Assembly: GCA_963803145.1 (NCBI GenBank)
Contig: CAWDLW010000023.1
Span: 32,001-96,000, forward strand
Reading direction: 5' to 3'
DNA: 64,000 nt
DNA from: Methanotrichaceae archaeon
GTDB lineage: Archaea > Halobacteriota > Methanosarcinia > Methanotrichales > Methanotrichaceae
This document shows, piece by piece, positions 1 to 11,565 of this stretch. Position 1 is the stretch's first letter, and every line of letters starts with the position of its first letter. Under the pieces are notes generated by a model, which did no database searches, was not told the origin of the DNA, and was given only the letters and a program-made list of their open reading frames with translations. Position numbers and translations under genes: made by a program.

Positions 1-2
1 GA

Positions 3-2015
3 GGCCTGAAGCGATCCGATGCCGGCCTCATAGCCAGGAACGGCAGCCTGGTTATGCTGATGATGTGGTCTGTGGGCATTGTGTCCTTCCTGTCCATGCA
101 GCTGGCCTTTCCAGTGCTCCTAAATCCCTCGTTCTACAGCACCAGGGTCCTCCCTAACCCAGAGGCCACTAATATGATTGACCTCTTCATACCCTCTAAT
201 ATATTCCATTCTCTTTCTGAGGGAACAATTCCAGCGATTGTTTTTTTCTCACTCCTGCTGGGGTTCACATTAATAGGCGATGACAAGAACAAGCCTCTAG
301 TGAGCCTGATAAACGGCCTATCCTCAGCAATCTCACGCATGACCCATATCATCTCCAGAATTATCCCCCTCGGCGTCTTCATAATAGCCGCAAGCACTGC
401 AGGGACTCTCACTTTTGAGCGATTTCTTCAGCTCCAGGTCTTTTTTAGCTCAATGGCAGTGCTTTCAATCCTCATGACACTCATGGTGCTGCCCCTGATG
501 GTATCATGCTTTACGCCGTTTACCTACAGGGAAATCGTCTCAACGTCATCCAAAGCAGTCATTCTGGGCTTCTCCACTGGCAGTAGCTTCATCACACTTT
601 CTCTGATCTCTGAAAGCATACAGAAACTTTTCCAAAGCTACGGCAACACGGAAAAGCTGAGGTCCTACAGCGAGATCCTGGTGCCCCTTGGTTACACCTT
701 CCCCTCCATTGGATCCTTTATGCCCTTTCTATTCATTCTCTTCACAGCCTGGTTTTACCATGACCCACTCAACCTTGAAAGACAGCTGATCCTCATCTCT
801 GGCGGATTTCTCAGCCTCTTTAGCTCTTATAGAGCTGCCATCGAGTTCATGCTGAATCTGCTGGGTCTGCCAAATGATGCCATCAATCTGTACATGAGCT
901 CATATTCCCTCCATGTCCACCTCGTAGCTCCTCTGGTCAGCATGTCCATCTTCTCCTTTGCAGCCATTTGTACTGCCCTTCTATCCAACTTCGCCAGATT
1001 TAGATTGAAGAAAGCAATCTTTTCGGCATTGGTCGTCGTGATTGTTTTCTCTGTATCGATAATTGGATTGAACCTGGGCTTTTCTCATCTTCTGGCAAAC
1101 ACATACAGCAGTGATGAGACTGTATCGAATATGGACCTACCAAAACAGGATGACGGCTCATTCATGAATAAATCGCTGGATGTGAAGGTATATATGAGTC
1201 CAGCAGACTTGCCGCACATTGATCAAAGGAAGAATGCCACCGAAGGTGCGCTGGACAGGATCAAGCACCAGTCCGTCCTCAGAGTGGGGTACAACCCCGG
1301 ATCAATTCCCTTTGCTTTCTTCAATAAAAGGGGATCTCTGGTGGGGCATGATGTGGAGATGGCTTATGAGCTGGCCCACTTCATAGGAGTCAAGAAGCTG
1401 GAATTCATCCCTGTCACTGATAGCTCCATGGCCGAGTTTTTAAACAATGGCACCTGCGATATCATCATGAGTGGTGTGATGGTAACGCCTGAAAGGCTCG
1501 ATAGGTTCAGGTTCACATCGCCCTACATGACACTTCACCTGGCTATGGTTGTAAAAGATAATAGAAAAGGTGACTTCACGGACCTAGAGAATATCCAGAA
1601 AATGGAAGGGCTTAGATTGGCGTCACCTGCCGGGTCTGAGTATCTGAACATTTCATCGCAGCTATTTCCAAATGCGAGTCTTGTGAAGCTCAATAACTCC
1701 TGGGAGTTCTTCAAAGGAGATAGAGCTGATGCGCTCCTGACCACAGCGGAAGAGGGATCGGTCATGACACTGCTCTATCCATTCTATGATGTAGCCATGT
1801 TTGATACCACTGATACCTATAAGGTTCTGTGTGCCTATCCTATTGCCAAAGGCAGTGACGAATCTTTCCAAACGCTCCTGAACTATTGGATCAAGATGGA
1901 TGAAGAGTATGGGACGTTGAATAAGAAGTATGATTACTGGATACTTGGCAAGGGCGTGGAGAAGAAGCAGCCTCGCTGGTGCATTGCAAGGGATGTGCTT
2001 CATTTGATGAGATAA
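3..2015 (+). CDS. Dicarboxylate/amino acid:cation symporter fused to a C-terminal periplasmic substrate-binding domain (5' end outside window)
   Basis: Multi-TM N-terminal part (FIPSNIF, GFSTGSS), then SBP family 3 motifs LRVGYNP..PFAF, GHDVEMAYELA, FTSPY; frame is open to the window start. Confidence 0.85.
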   Translation, partial: GLKRSDAGLIARNGSLVMLMMWSVGIVSFLSMQLAFPVLLNPSFYSTRVLPNPEATNMIDLFIPSNIFHSLSEGTIPAIVFFSLLLGFTLIGDDKNKPLVSLINGLSSAISRMTHIISRIIPLGVFIIAASTAGTLTFERFLQLQVFFSSMAVLSILMTLMVLPLMVSCFTPFTYREIVSTSSKAVILGFSTGSSFITLSLISESIQKLFQSYGNTEKLRSYSEILVPLGYTFPSIGSFMPFLFILFTAWFYHDPLNLERQLILISGGFLSLFSSYRAAIEFMLNLLGLPNDAINLYMSSYSLHVHLVAPLVSMSIFSFAAICTALLSNFARFRLKKAIFSALVVVIVFSVSIIGLNLGFSHLLANTYSSDETVSNMDLPKQDDGSFMNKSLDVKVYMSPADLPHIDQRKNATEGALDRIKHQSVLRVGYNPGSIPFAFFNKRGSLVGHDVEMAYELAHFIGVKKLEFIPVTDSSMAEFLNNGTCDIIMSGVMVTPERLDRFRFTSPYMTLHLAMVVKDNRKGDFTDLENIQKMEGLRLASPAGSEYLNISSQLFPNASLVKLNNSWEFFKGDRADALLTTAEEGSVMTLLYPFYDVAMFDTTDTYKVLCAYPIAKGSDESFQTLLNYWIKMDEEYGTLNKKYDYWILGKGVEKKQPRWCIARDVLHLMR

Positions 2016-2046
2016 GAGATGCATCATCGCAGACGTCATATCAATA

Positions 2047-2415
2047 ATGTATTGTATCGTCACTTCACATCCAGAGGAATTAGCAAAGGCATTTGCCAAG
2101 GAGCTTGTGAGCGAGAATAAGGAGAGCTACAAGGTCCTCTTCGACGAGCTCAAGTTCGAAGGCGGCTATGTGCCGGTGAAGGTTGCCCTGCATATCGAAG
2201 ATGGCGAGGCCATATCCATAAGGGACAGGCTGAGGAACAAATTGGGATTCAAGAACGTCGTGGATGTAAAGAAGGCTACAATTTGGAAGCTGTATCTCAA
2301 GGGTGCGAATCAAGAGAAGCAGGAGAAGGTGGCCAAGGAGATTGCCGAGGGGCTGCTGACGAATCCGCATAAGGATAGCTATGAGGTAATGGGGAGACAG
2401 AAAATTGTGGTGTGA
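2047..2415 (+). CDS. purS: PurS-like protein (FGAM synthase small subunit fold)
   Basis: GEAISIRDRLRNKLGF..V.DVK....W.L and LLTNPHKDSY resemble PurS; no purQ/purL nearby. Confidence 0.55.
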   Translation: MYCIVTSHPEELAKAFAKELVSENKESYKVLFDELKFEGGYVPVKVALHIEDGEAISIRDRLRNKLGFKNVVDVKKATIWKLYLKGANQEKQEKVAKEIAEGLLTNPHKDSYEVMGRQKIVV

Positions 2416-3940
2416 TGGATGGTAATCAAGCCATGTTGATGTTAACTAGAGTGAGGGCTTTTTGGCCTTCACTCAAGTCAAACAAGTGCATCAGACAGCA
2501 AGTAGCGTAGAATAAATTAACGGGAATAACCTTAGGCTTGCATTACAATCCTTATTAGCACGATAGTGCGGGGAAAGGGATACTCGCATATTTTTACTAG
2601 TAAGGAATGAATCTGAAGCTACAGCGTATCCACGCAAAAAGTGGAATAGAGCAAATATAAATGTTAATGCGCACGATAAGCTTAGAGATATCTTCTGGAT
2701 AGCGCAGCAGAATTTTGCCGATGAGGATTGGGCGCGAGACCATAATGGCAGCGATTCCTATCCTAGATAACTGGTTATCATCGCTGCCTGGCAGCGGTCC
2801 ATACCTCCAGGGTCCTCTGGCTCTTCTCCGCTTTAGCAATGAGCCTTGGTTTGTCCTAGGCCCTTACCCTTCGAATGGTAGCATACAATCCGCTTCTCCC
2901 CTCGAAAAATCTCCACTACAAGTGCCAAATACCTGAAAAACGCGTTTATTTAAGACTCTGTGTAGATCAACGCACAATAAGAACCAAGCATCGACAGAAC
3001 ATATATACTATAGAAGAGCTCACTAACCATCAGATGCCCGCTGCGCCTCCAAATGATATAGAAAATAAGATTGCGCCTTCCATAGCGCGCATTCTTGACA
3101 ATAATGCTCAGGTTGTAGGTGCGGGAGTATTAATAAATGAGAGAACAATAATAACCACTGCTCAGGTAATAGCCGAGGCACTTGGAAAAAGTGATGATTT
3201 TCCAACTAATGCCCCGACACTAACCGGCCAGATACATTTGGATTTCCCGTATATTAAAAAGGGAAGTATCTTCTTAGCGGAAAATGTGAATTTGGTGCCC
3301 CGGAGGTCAGATGGGGGTGGAAACACCGCACTTATAATGCTAAAATCTTCTGCTCCAGAAGGGGCAAGGCCAATGAGTTTTTTTATCAAAGATAATATAT
3401 CGAAAGATCTATGGGGGCATCGGTTCTGGGCATTTGTCTTTTCATCGGCCAATCCATTAGGAAATTGGATCTATGGAAAATTGCTTAATTTTCAAGAAAA
3501 TACTAAGCTAATTAAAATAAATATAGAATATATCGATATGTATGGTGCTAGGTTTGAGGGCACGCCCATTTGGGATGAAAATCTAAATGAATTTATCGGA
3601 ATAGGAACAGATTTAATTGGATCGGACGAAGAAGGTTGGTCCGGCAATATAGATCCAGCTGATAATCTCGTACATGAATATTCAATTTTGAACGAATATG
3701 GAAAACGATCAGGTAACTCCGAGGTTAGGACTGAAAACGAACCCAATGTGAAATCAACCTCGGGGAATAAAGAAAACACCGATAAATTACCCGAAGAGGC
3801 GATTCCAGCTGGATTTAGTTTAGGACGAGAATTTACGGGTCATTCGAGCTATATAAGTCGGATTGCATGGTCTCCAGATGGCCAAATTCTTGCTTCTGGA
3901 TCGAATGATAAAACAATAAAATTATGGGATTTCGAGAAAG

Positions 3941-5376
3941 GTATGTGTTTAGCTACACAATTTTAGCCTTAGCATCTGTAGACTATCGAGTCCCTGTTGT
4001 GACCATGTTGCGATCACAGTCATGAGCCTTTCATGAATAGTCGTTCCTTTGCTATTGCGCAAAGTTCCTATGATCTTCCTCTGTACAACATGTTCACGGA
4101 GCGCTCTTTCAGCTCTGTTATTGGTTGGCTCTACACCTGGCTGAATGATAAAAGTGAACCAGTACTCAAAGCCATTGCTAATTTTGCCAATAAGCTTTCT
4201 GACTTTCTCGCTGGCATATTTGCCATTAACCAGCTGCTTGAGCGTAGCTCTTGCCAGATACCATAGCACTCTTCGGACTTCTGGCGGAGGATCGTTCTTT
4301 AGAGCATCGATTAGTAGATCATAGATCTTTCTGAGTGCTCCATGTAATGGAACCGCCTCCGGAATCTTCTCTGCTAGATCTTTTGATTCTCGAAGTAAGT
4401 GAGCCCAGCATCTCTGTAAGTGCTTTGAGAAACGTACATAAGGTTTCCAACCATCACAAACGATGGTTCCCTTGAACTTTCTCGTCAAAACCTCTACCAG
4501 GACCTTCATGCCCCGGCTCTTGCGAATCACGACAAAAGTTTCAGCCAGAGTTGCAAATACCCATAGCCAGTGAGTCTTACCCTGAACATCAATTGATGTC
4601 TCATCTACGTAAAGAACCTGTGCAGCTCGAATTCTTTCCAAAATAGTATTGTATTCCAGTGCAACGGCATCTGCAGCACGGCGAGTTAAGTCAAGTATCG
4701 TTGCAGGGCTTATATCCAGACCATACAGTCGCTTCAGTGCATCTCTGATTTTCCTATGAGGCAACCTGTCCTTGTATTTCAGTAACGTCGCCTGTGCAAT
4801 TGTATTGTTACCGAACATGCCTTCGCTTGGGCAACCAGAATCGGTTCCAACAACCTCTTTCAGGCAGTGAGGGCATATGTAATGGCAGATTTTGTACTCG
4901 GTAACTGTAACTGGTTGTGGTTCGGGAATTTCCTCGATAATCTTCGATTCTATTCTGAACGGATCACCAAGCTTCATACCGCAATCAGGACATCGATCTC
5001 TTGTGACTTGCACTTGCTTGTCAGGCTTGGCTATTGGCCTTGTCAGACCCTTATGTCCTTTCTTCTGACCAGGCTTTCCCGTTTCATTCTGATCATTTCT
5101 TCGATTGCCGCCACGTCTCAGACTCGGCGGAGTATGAGCATTCTCATACTTAGCCAATCGGGCTTCTAGATCAGCTAATCGAGCTTCAAGTTCCTCTATG
5201 CGCCTTTTGAGAAATTCATTCTCGCGTCTTAATAGGTCATTTGGCTCTTGGGGTTGCCTGATGATCTCGTCTTTATCCATATGCCAGCTAGCAGAATATT
5301 ATAGGCATATTATATAAGGTCATGGCTAAAAGGGTCTAAATCCATAAGGATGATACTATAGGGGCTAAACACATAC
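3941..5376 (-). mobile_element. IS66-family insertion sequence (single ORF, ISBst12-like)
   Basis: 13-bp terminal IR GTATGTGTTTAGC / GCTAAACACATAC; 8-bp TSD CGAGAAAG at 3933-3940 and 5377-5384. Confidence 0.95.
3949..5280 (-). CDS. IS66 transposase
   Basis: Coiled coil, CPDCG/CPHC zinc finger, VDET, CDG, QRCWAHLLR, PTNNRAERALR. Confidence 0.95.
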   Translation of the reverse strand: MDKDEIIRQPQEPNDLLRRENEFLKRRIEELEARLADLEARLAKYENAHTPPSLRRGGNRRNDQNETGKPGQKKGHKGLTRPIAKPDKQVQVTRDRCPDCGMKLGDPFRIESKIIEEIPEPQPVTVTEYKICHYICPHCLKEVVGTDSGCPSEGMFGNNTIAQATLLKYKDRLPHRKIRDALKRLYGLDISPATILDLTRRAADAVALEYNTILERIRAAQVLYVDETSIDVQGKTHWLWVFATLAETFVVIRKSRGMKVLVEVLTRKFKGTIVCDGWKPYVRFSKHLQRCWAHLLRESKDLAEKIPEAVPLHGALRKIYDLLIDALKNDPPPEVRRVLWYLARATLKQLVNGKYASEKVRKLIGKISNGFEYWFTFIIQPGVEPTNNRAERALREHVVQRKIIGTLRNSKGTTIHERLMTVIATWSQQGLDSLQMLRLKLCS

Positions 5377-6314
5377 CGAGAAAGGAAAATTATTATTTAC
5401 TCTCCAAGGTCATCACGATACAATTTCAGATATTTCCTGGTCGTCAGACAGTAGGCGACTCGTTTCAGCATCAAAAGATGGCAAGATGATAATCTGGAAT
5501 ACAGAGACGGACGTGATTGAACTTCAGCGCGATGAGCCCGCTCCCGTAGACAGCATTGCCTGGAATCCAGTAAGGAATGAGATTATAGCATATTCTTCTG
5601 GAAAGCAACTGAAGCGTTGGGTTCTTTCCAAAAAGGACTTTACGAAAGAGAGTCTTCATGATTCCACCTCTTCCTTGCAATTGATTGAAAATCATTCGGA
5701 TACCATTTATTGCGTGAGATGGTCTCCAAGCGGTCAGATTCTTGTATCTTCTTCAGGTAACCACGCGATCAGCATATGGGATATGAGTAATGAAGTCTCC
5801 AACGGTCGCTATAGATTTTCTAGGATTGAAAAGGCCCATTCAGATAGTATTTATGGAATTTCGTGGTCTCCTGCTGGGGAGATCTTCGCCTCGGGATCGA
5901 ATGATGGGACCATAAGGATCTGGGGCAAAGATGAAACTTTGCAGAGGGAATTGGAAAAATGCCCCGAAGGTATCTGTGACTTGGCTTTTTCATTTCAAGG
6001 CAGATTTCTGGCCTCAAAATCTGTTAACGGAACTGTGCGTATCTGGGATTCCAAAGGATGGATATTAATCGCCGAGCTTAAGGTGAAATCTTCTGTACAT
6101 TTCAATTGGGGTTTGGCCTTTCACCCATCTAAGCTATTTTTAGCCACCTTAGACGGAACAGATGAGAAAATTCGAGTATGGAACCTAGATTCCGCTGCCC
6201 TAGAACTATTTCATCTTCTTAATATTAATCCGAAAGCCATTGACGATGTATATTCCGAAGTTGACTCATTGGGTTTTGCTGATTACCGAGATGCTTTCGT
6301 GGATCTATTTGTAA

Positions 6315-7852
6315 CCTTAACTCCGGTTTTTAGGGAATAACTCAAGTCCAATTTTTTCGTCAAGCCTTTCTAATTTTTTAGGTATTTCTGAGATAATATT
6401 ACAATCATTTAATTCTATCAAGTAAACTTTACTAAGTTCTAACAGGACATCTTTTGGAGATTGTTTATCCAGAAGATTCGCCTTCTTCAAGGCCATTTCG
6501 ATTTTCGTATAGGCATATAAAGATAAAAACGATACAAAAATATGCCCAAATACACTCTCGTTATCCTGCAAGTAGAGCGTATCTGATTGAAGTACGTTCT
6601 TATAGGTATCAAAAAGCTTCTCGATTCTATCTCTACTCTTATATTGCATGAAAATTTCTTTCTCACCGAGATCGAGATTTGATACAATCAGAATTCTTCC
6701 CGCACGTTTTTGCGCTTCACTAAGTTCCTGGTTATCGATTAATCCTTCATCTAGCTTTCCATATAGAGTGGTATTTTCTTCAAGCATTAAATGCTGGTCC
6801 TCGAATAAATAAAGGAAGACGTTGTCGAGTTTTCGTTTTCCGCATCGTATCAGCCTTTTTTTATAGAAAAGGTGATCATTCAAATGAATTCTCGTTTCAT
6901 ATAGGCGGCTATTTCTCCTAGCTGGCAGAATGAAGTTCATCTTCTTTTCAAGCAGAAATTTGATGGCATCTTCGGAGAAGAATCCTCTATCGAGTATGAT
7001 AGTGCCCCCCTCTTTCTCTACCTCAATTATACTATTGTAGAGACTCTTTATGTCGCGAACGCTTCCCGGTATCATCCTGATCATCGTGGGAAGTCCTGTT
7101 TCCAGAGAGCAAAATAGGGCAATGTTCACTTGAGGAACATGGATTTTATCCTTATTGTAACCAAACTCTGCAATATTTAATGATGATCGGGTCAATATTG
7201 CACTCAAATCGTACACTAGATCCCGGTCTCTTTCGGACAATGCCTTAAAGACGGATTGCTGCGCATAACTATCTGTCCCAACTACTTTGAGGACATGGCT
7301 CAAATTTTTGGCATCTAAATTTGGTTTTATTCCAGTAACATTATACAATTTGTCCCAGGCACTGCGTACCCTTTTCAAGGGGATATAGCCCATTGTTCGC
7401 GTTATTGCAAGAGCATATATCTCTTCCCACTCACCCTCGAATGCATCTGCAAGATACGATCTCATTTCACTAAGAAGTCGATCGAATAACACAGCGTTGC
7501 CGTATTCTTTAATTCCTCGCAGATTTGTGGCAGTTATTGATCTCTTGATACCCTCAACGAGACCCTTAACCCTATCAAGTTTACCGATATATTCGGAGAT
7601 TTTCCTTCGTTTCTTTAGCTCCTTGTCCCAGTATGTCGTTGAATGATAGACATAATAATTACCGCTTATCTCTTTGACCTCGATTCCTTTCTTCCCCTGC
7701 TTTCGTTGCTCAATCAACCATGATTTCGCCCATTCTTCCATGTATGGTTTATTAGGGTATACATGAATTTATGGTTTTCGATTATAGGACAACCTGTGAT
7801 AGTGATATTCAAAGATTGAAATGATGTTAAACCCTAAATTTCGGAGTTAAGG
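6315..7852 (-). mobile_element. IS1634-like (IS4 superfamily) insertion sequence, copy A
   Basis: IR CCTTAACTCCG / CGGAGTTAAGG; duplicated target TTTGTAA at 6308-6314 and 7853-7859. Confidence 0.9.
6317..7741 (-). CDS. IS1634-like DDE transposase
   Basis: YDLS, GYNKD..PQ, ILDRGF, Y..R..IEKLF...K motifs. Confidence 0.9.
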   Translation of the reverse strand: MEEWAKSWLIEQRKQGKKGIEVKEISGNYYVYHSTTYWDKELKKRRKISEYIGKLDRVKGLVEGIKRSITATNLRGIKEYGNAVLFDRLLSEMRSYLADAFEGEWEEIYALAITRTMGYIPLKRVRSAWDKLYNVTGIKPNLDAKNLSHVLKVVGTDSYAQQSVFKALSERDRDLVYDLSAILTRSSLNIAEFGYNKDKIHVPQVNIALFCSLETGLPTMIRMIPGSVRDIKSLYNSIIEVEKEGGTIILDRGFFSEDAIKFLLEKKMNFILPARRNSRLYETRIHLNDHLFYKKRLIRCGKRKLDNVFLYLFEDQHLMLEENTTLYGKLDEGLIDNQELSEAQKRAGRILIVSNLDLGEKEIFMQYKSRDRIEKLFDTYKNVLQSDTLYLQDNESVFGHIFVSFLSLYAYTKIEMALKKANLLDKQSPKDVLLELSKVYLIELNDCNIISEIPKKLERLDEKIGLELFPKNRS

Positions 7853-9839
7853 TTTGTAAATATCAAGACAAAGGAACCATTGGTCGTAGGTATAGATGCA
7901 TCGTGGGGTATGGGCAAGACTACCTTGATGCATATGATCGAAAAAAGGTTGCTAGAACCTGATTTAAAAAATGATTTCAAAACGGTATGGTTTAATGCAT
8001 GGAAATTCGATCAAGAGGAATCATTATGGGCTGCAATGGCTCTAACAATCATTGATAGCCTCAAGAAAAGATATGGGCTAATTGGAAAATCGATTTTCTG
8101 GTTGAGGAGAATGCGGAAAAGCTTATCATCTAGACAAGCTATTTGGATGTTTATAAAGATCTTAATTGCTGCATTCCTGGTATTAGCAGCAGTGTCATTC
8201 GTTTCTAGCACGGGTTTAACCAAAGATTCGGGGTTTAATGAAGCTATTTCATATATTCTTTCGAAAGTTAAGTATTATATATATTTATTACCAATACCGA
8301 CATTTGTCTCCAAAAATCCATCAATCGGAAGCTTGGTTCTTCTAATTGGAGCTGTTTTATTGGTAGTCAAGCAATACTCAGACATGAAGCCCTTCCAACT
8401 CTCAACAAAGAAGATTTTTGATCAGCCCAATTACGAAGATAAAATAGGCTTCATCGGGAGCTTTCAAAAGGATTTCGGGGATATTATCTCAATTGCTACT
8501 AACTCGCTTGTAGGCGGAAAAACTTCAAAGCTAGTAATTTTCATCGATGATTTGGATAGATGTTCGCCCCCGAAGCCCGTCGAAATAATAGAAGCAATAA
8601 ATATATTTTTGGATGCAAAAAATTGTATTTTCGTAATAGGAATGGATGGGCCAACCATTGCGGCAAGTGTTGAAACGAAATACAAAGACCTAAAGAATTA
8701 TTTTGATAACTTCGATACCAATGAATTGTCACTCGGGCAGCGCTTTCTTGAGAAGATTATTCAAATCAACTTTCGAATACCAAAATCAACACAGGATGCC
8801 GTAAAGGATTTTATTAATAGACAAATGGGAATACAAGCTTCTCAAGAAGCTCGAAAAGATGGGGGGCTACGAGTTGAGCCTCCTTCTGAAGTATTGGTCC
8901 AGAAAGCAAGAGAATCATTAGAAAATATTCTACCTAAAGCCAGGAAGGAAGGGAAGACGCTCGATCAAATTTCGAAGGAAATCTTGGCAGAAAAACCTGA
9001 TCTAACGAAAGTCGCTATAGATAAAGCAAAAAAAGACGTTTTCCCTTCATATTTATTCGAGGAATATCCTGAAGTCAGTAGAGTTTTGGAGAAGGTTCCT
9101 GAATTGCTAGAGTTCAATCCAAGAAAAATAAAGCGATTTCTAAATGATTATCGCCTTCAGGCATTGATTGCAAACCGACGCGGTTTATTCGATAATAGGT
9201 GTATTAATCTGGAGTCGTTAGCAAAATTTGTAATTATTTCGATGAGGTGGCCGGATATCATAAATGTAATCGTTAATGATAAGGACTTTATTAACCGATT
9301 GAAGGCTGCATACGAGTTAAACCAAATCGAGATTTCTGGAAAGAATCTTAAAAAAGAAGAGAGACAGAAACTTGATTCCTTCCTCAAAGAGCCATTAATC
9401 GAAAGGATGATAAATGCAAAAGATTTCATAGAATTAATGGGCGATATTCTCTTGCGGCCCAATTCCTTCGAAATCTTCCTCTGTTTGTCAGAAATTGGCA
9501 CGCCAGTTTGAAAAGCTGACTTTAATCTTCAACCTGCATTCCACATATTAAACTCTTGATTTCTGAATTTTCAGCTTTTAAATATCAGAAATATCTTTAA
9601 GTCAAAGGGCATGGCGCATCATTGCAGCACTATGTGGGGTATTACGTTTTAAAGTAATTAATAGCTAGCTAAAATTAAATTGATAAAACGGAGAAGAATG
9701 CAAACGCTGGAGATAAATTATTAATATAATTTATCAATAAATGTAGGGTGAAACTTTTTGCCAGACAAGGCGAAAACTCATAAAAAAGGTAGCGATAAAA
9801 ATGAGGAGGACCATCAGAAAGCTCTTGAATTACTTAAAA

Positions 9840-11399
9840 CCTTAACTCCGCGAATATGGGGAATAAATTGGGCTTTTAAGTGGTTATTTCGGCTCTAGAT
9901 TCTTATTTGAGCGAAAGCTTAATTAACCTTTATTCCCCATATGGTGAATATGGAGACTTGGGCTAAAGAGTGGTTAGAGGATCAAAGAAAGAAAGGAGTT
10001 AAATGCCTTGAAATAAAACAGCATGGCGCTAAGCATTATGTTTACCATTCCACGACACATTGGGATAAAACTCAAAATAAAGCGATAAAGACCTCAAAAT
10101 ATATTGGTAAACTTGATCAAGAGCGCGGTTTAATAAGGTCCCATGAAGAAGATAGCCAAAATGTAAAGGTTGAAAAGTCAACAAAGGTTAGAAGCATTAC
10201 CGAGTACGGCAATGCCCTTTTGCTTCACGAAGCCATGAAAGACATAAAACCGCTATTGATGGAAGGTTTTCCTAACAATTGGTCGGAAATTTATTCGCTT
10301 TCTATGTTGAGAGTTATGGGAAATGTCCCTTTAAAAAGAGCTGAAAGCGCATGGCAAAAGCTCTATAATGTGGAATCCATTGAACCTAATCTCAAGTCTC
10401 AACATCTCTCTAAAGTAATGCAAGATATTGGCGGCAACCGCAAAGGTCAGAGCATATTATTTAAGGGCCTTCTCGATCAAAGTGAACAGCTTGTATACGA
10501 TTTAAGTTATATATTTTCGCGTTCTGTGAGCATACGTCAAGCAGAAAAGGGCTATAATAAAGATAAAATTCAATTACCTCAAATTAACATAGTGCTACTT
10601 TGTAACGCTGAAACTGGGCTGCCAACTATGATAAGATCCCTTCCAGGCAGTGTCAAAGACATAGCAACCCTGAGAAAATCCCTTTCTGAATTTGATATCC
10701 AAAACAAGATGCTCATATTGGATAGAGGTTTCTCCTCAGAAGATGTCTTTTCGGATTTAAATGAACTTGATATCTCATACCTTATTCCGGCGAAAAGAAA
10801 TAGCCATTATTATGATACGCGCATTCACCTAAATAGTCACTTTCGCTACCGTAAGCGGCTAATTCGATGTGGTAGCAGAATGTGCAAAGACAAGTATCTC
10901 TATCTATTTGAAGATCAAGAACTCTTGCTTGAAGAGCGTAATACCCTTTACGATAAACTTGATAAAGGTGAGATTGATAGAAATCAGTTTGATAAAAATT
11001 TTAAAAAAGCTGGAAGGATTTTAATTCTGTCAAATCGAAAGATGTCTGAGCAGGAAGCTTATGAATTCTACAAGAAAAGGGACGTTGTCGAGAAATTATT
11101 CGATACCTATAAATCAACTTTGTATGCAGATAGATTATACCTACATAACGATGAAAGCGTTTTCGGACATGTATTTATTGGATTTTTATCTCTCTACGCA
11201 TATTGTAAAATCGAATCTCTATTAAAGAAAGCCAATCTAAATAGAACTATGACACCAATGGATTTACTATTTGAGTTTAGCAAAATATATCATATCGACT
11301 TTGGTGAAGAGGACGCTATTATGGAAATTCCTAAGAAAGTTCGTGATCTAGATGTAAGGCTTAAACTAAATCTATTCCCCACGTAATGCGGAGTTAAGG
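9840..11399 (+). mobile_element. IS1634-like insertion sequence, copy B (diverged paralogue)
   Basis: Same IR CCTTAACTCCG / CGGAGTTAAGG; TSD TTAAAA at 9834-9839 and 11400-11405. Confidence 0.9.
9941..11386 (+). CDS. IS1634-like DDE transposase
   Basis: YDLS, GYNKD, ILDRGF, YKKRDVVEKLF; colinear with 6317-7741. Confidence 0.9.
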   Translation: MVNMETWAKEWLEDQRKKGVKCLEIKQHGAKHYVYHSTTHWDKTQNKAIKTSKYIGKLDQERGLIRSHEEDSQNVKVEKSTKVRSITEYGNALLLHEAMKDIKPLLMEGFPNNWSEIYSLSMLRVMGNVPLKRAESAWQKLYNVESIEPNLKSQHLSKVMQDIGGNRKGQSILFKGLLDQSEQLVYDLSYIFSRSVSIRQAEKGYNKDKIQLPQINIVLLCNAETGLPTMIRSLPGSVKDIATLRKSLSEFDIQNKMLILDRGFSSEDVFSDLNELDISYLIPAKRNSHYYDTRIHLNSHFRYRKRLIRCGSRMCKDKYLYLFEDQELLLEERNTLYDKLDKGEIDRNQFDKNFKKAGRILILSNRKMSEQEAYEFYKKRDVVEKLFDTYKSTLYADRLYLHNDESVFGHVFIGFLSLYAYCKIESLLKKANLNRTMTPMDLLFEFSKIYHIDFGEEDAIMEIPKKVRDLDVRLKLNLFPT

Positions 11400-11565
11400 T
11401 TAAAACTCAGTTTCTAAACTCTCCTGATAAAAATCAACCTTGACAGGATCTGCAGAAGCTAGCTAACGATAAAGATATTAGAGGTCTGACAGTATTGTCA
11501 CGGTGGGATATTGTTGAGGCATACCTGATTGCTGATTGATAGCGTTTTCGGGATTATCAACCTAA

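Larger units (their letters stand above)
3034..9511 (+). pseudogene. Trypsin-like domain + WD40 repeats + KAP-family P-loop NTPase, interrupted by two IS elements
   Basis: Removing IS66 + 8-bp TSD and IS1634 + 7-bp TSD gives one frame (WDFEK|GKLLFTLQGH; DLFV|NIKTKEPLVVGID) of 3489 nt; Walker A GIDASWGMGKTT, Walker B IFIDDLDRC, FLEKIIQ, NPRKIKR. Confidence 0.9.

Noticed and set aside
2875-3033. N-terminal 53 codons of ORF 2875-3966
   Set aside because: This stretch contains a TATA-like ATATATA at ~3001; the ATG at 3034 fits the domain start better.
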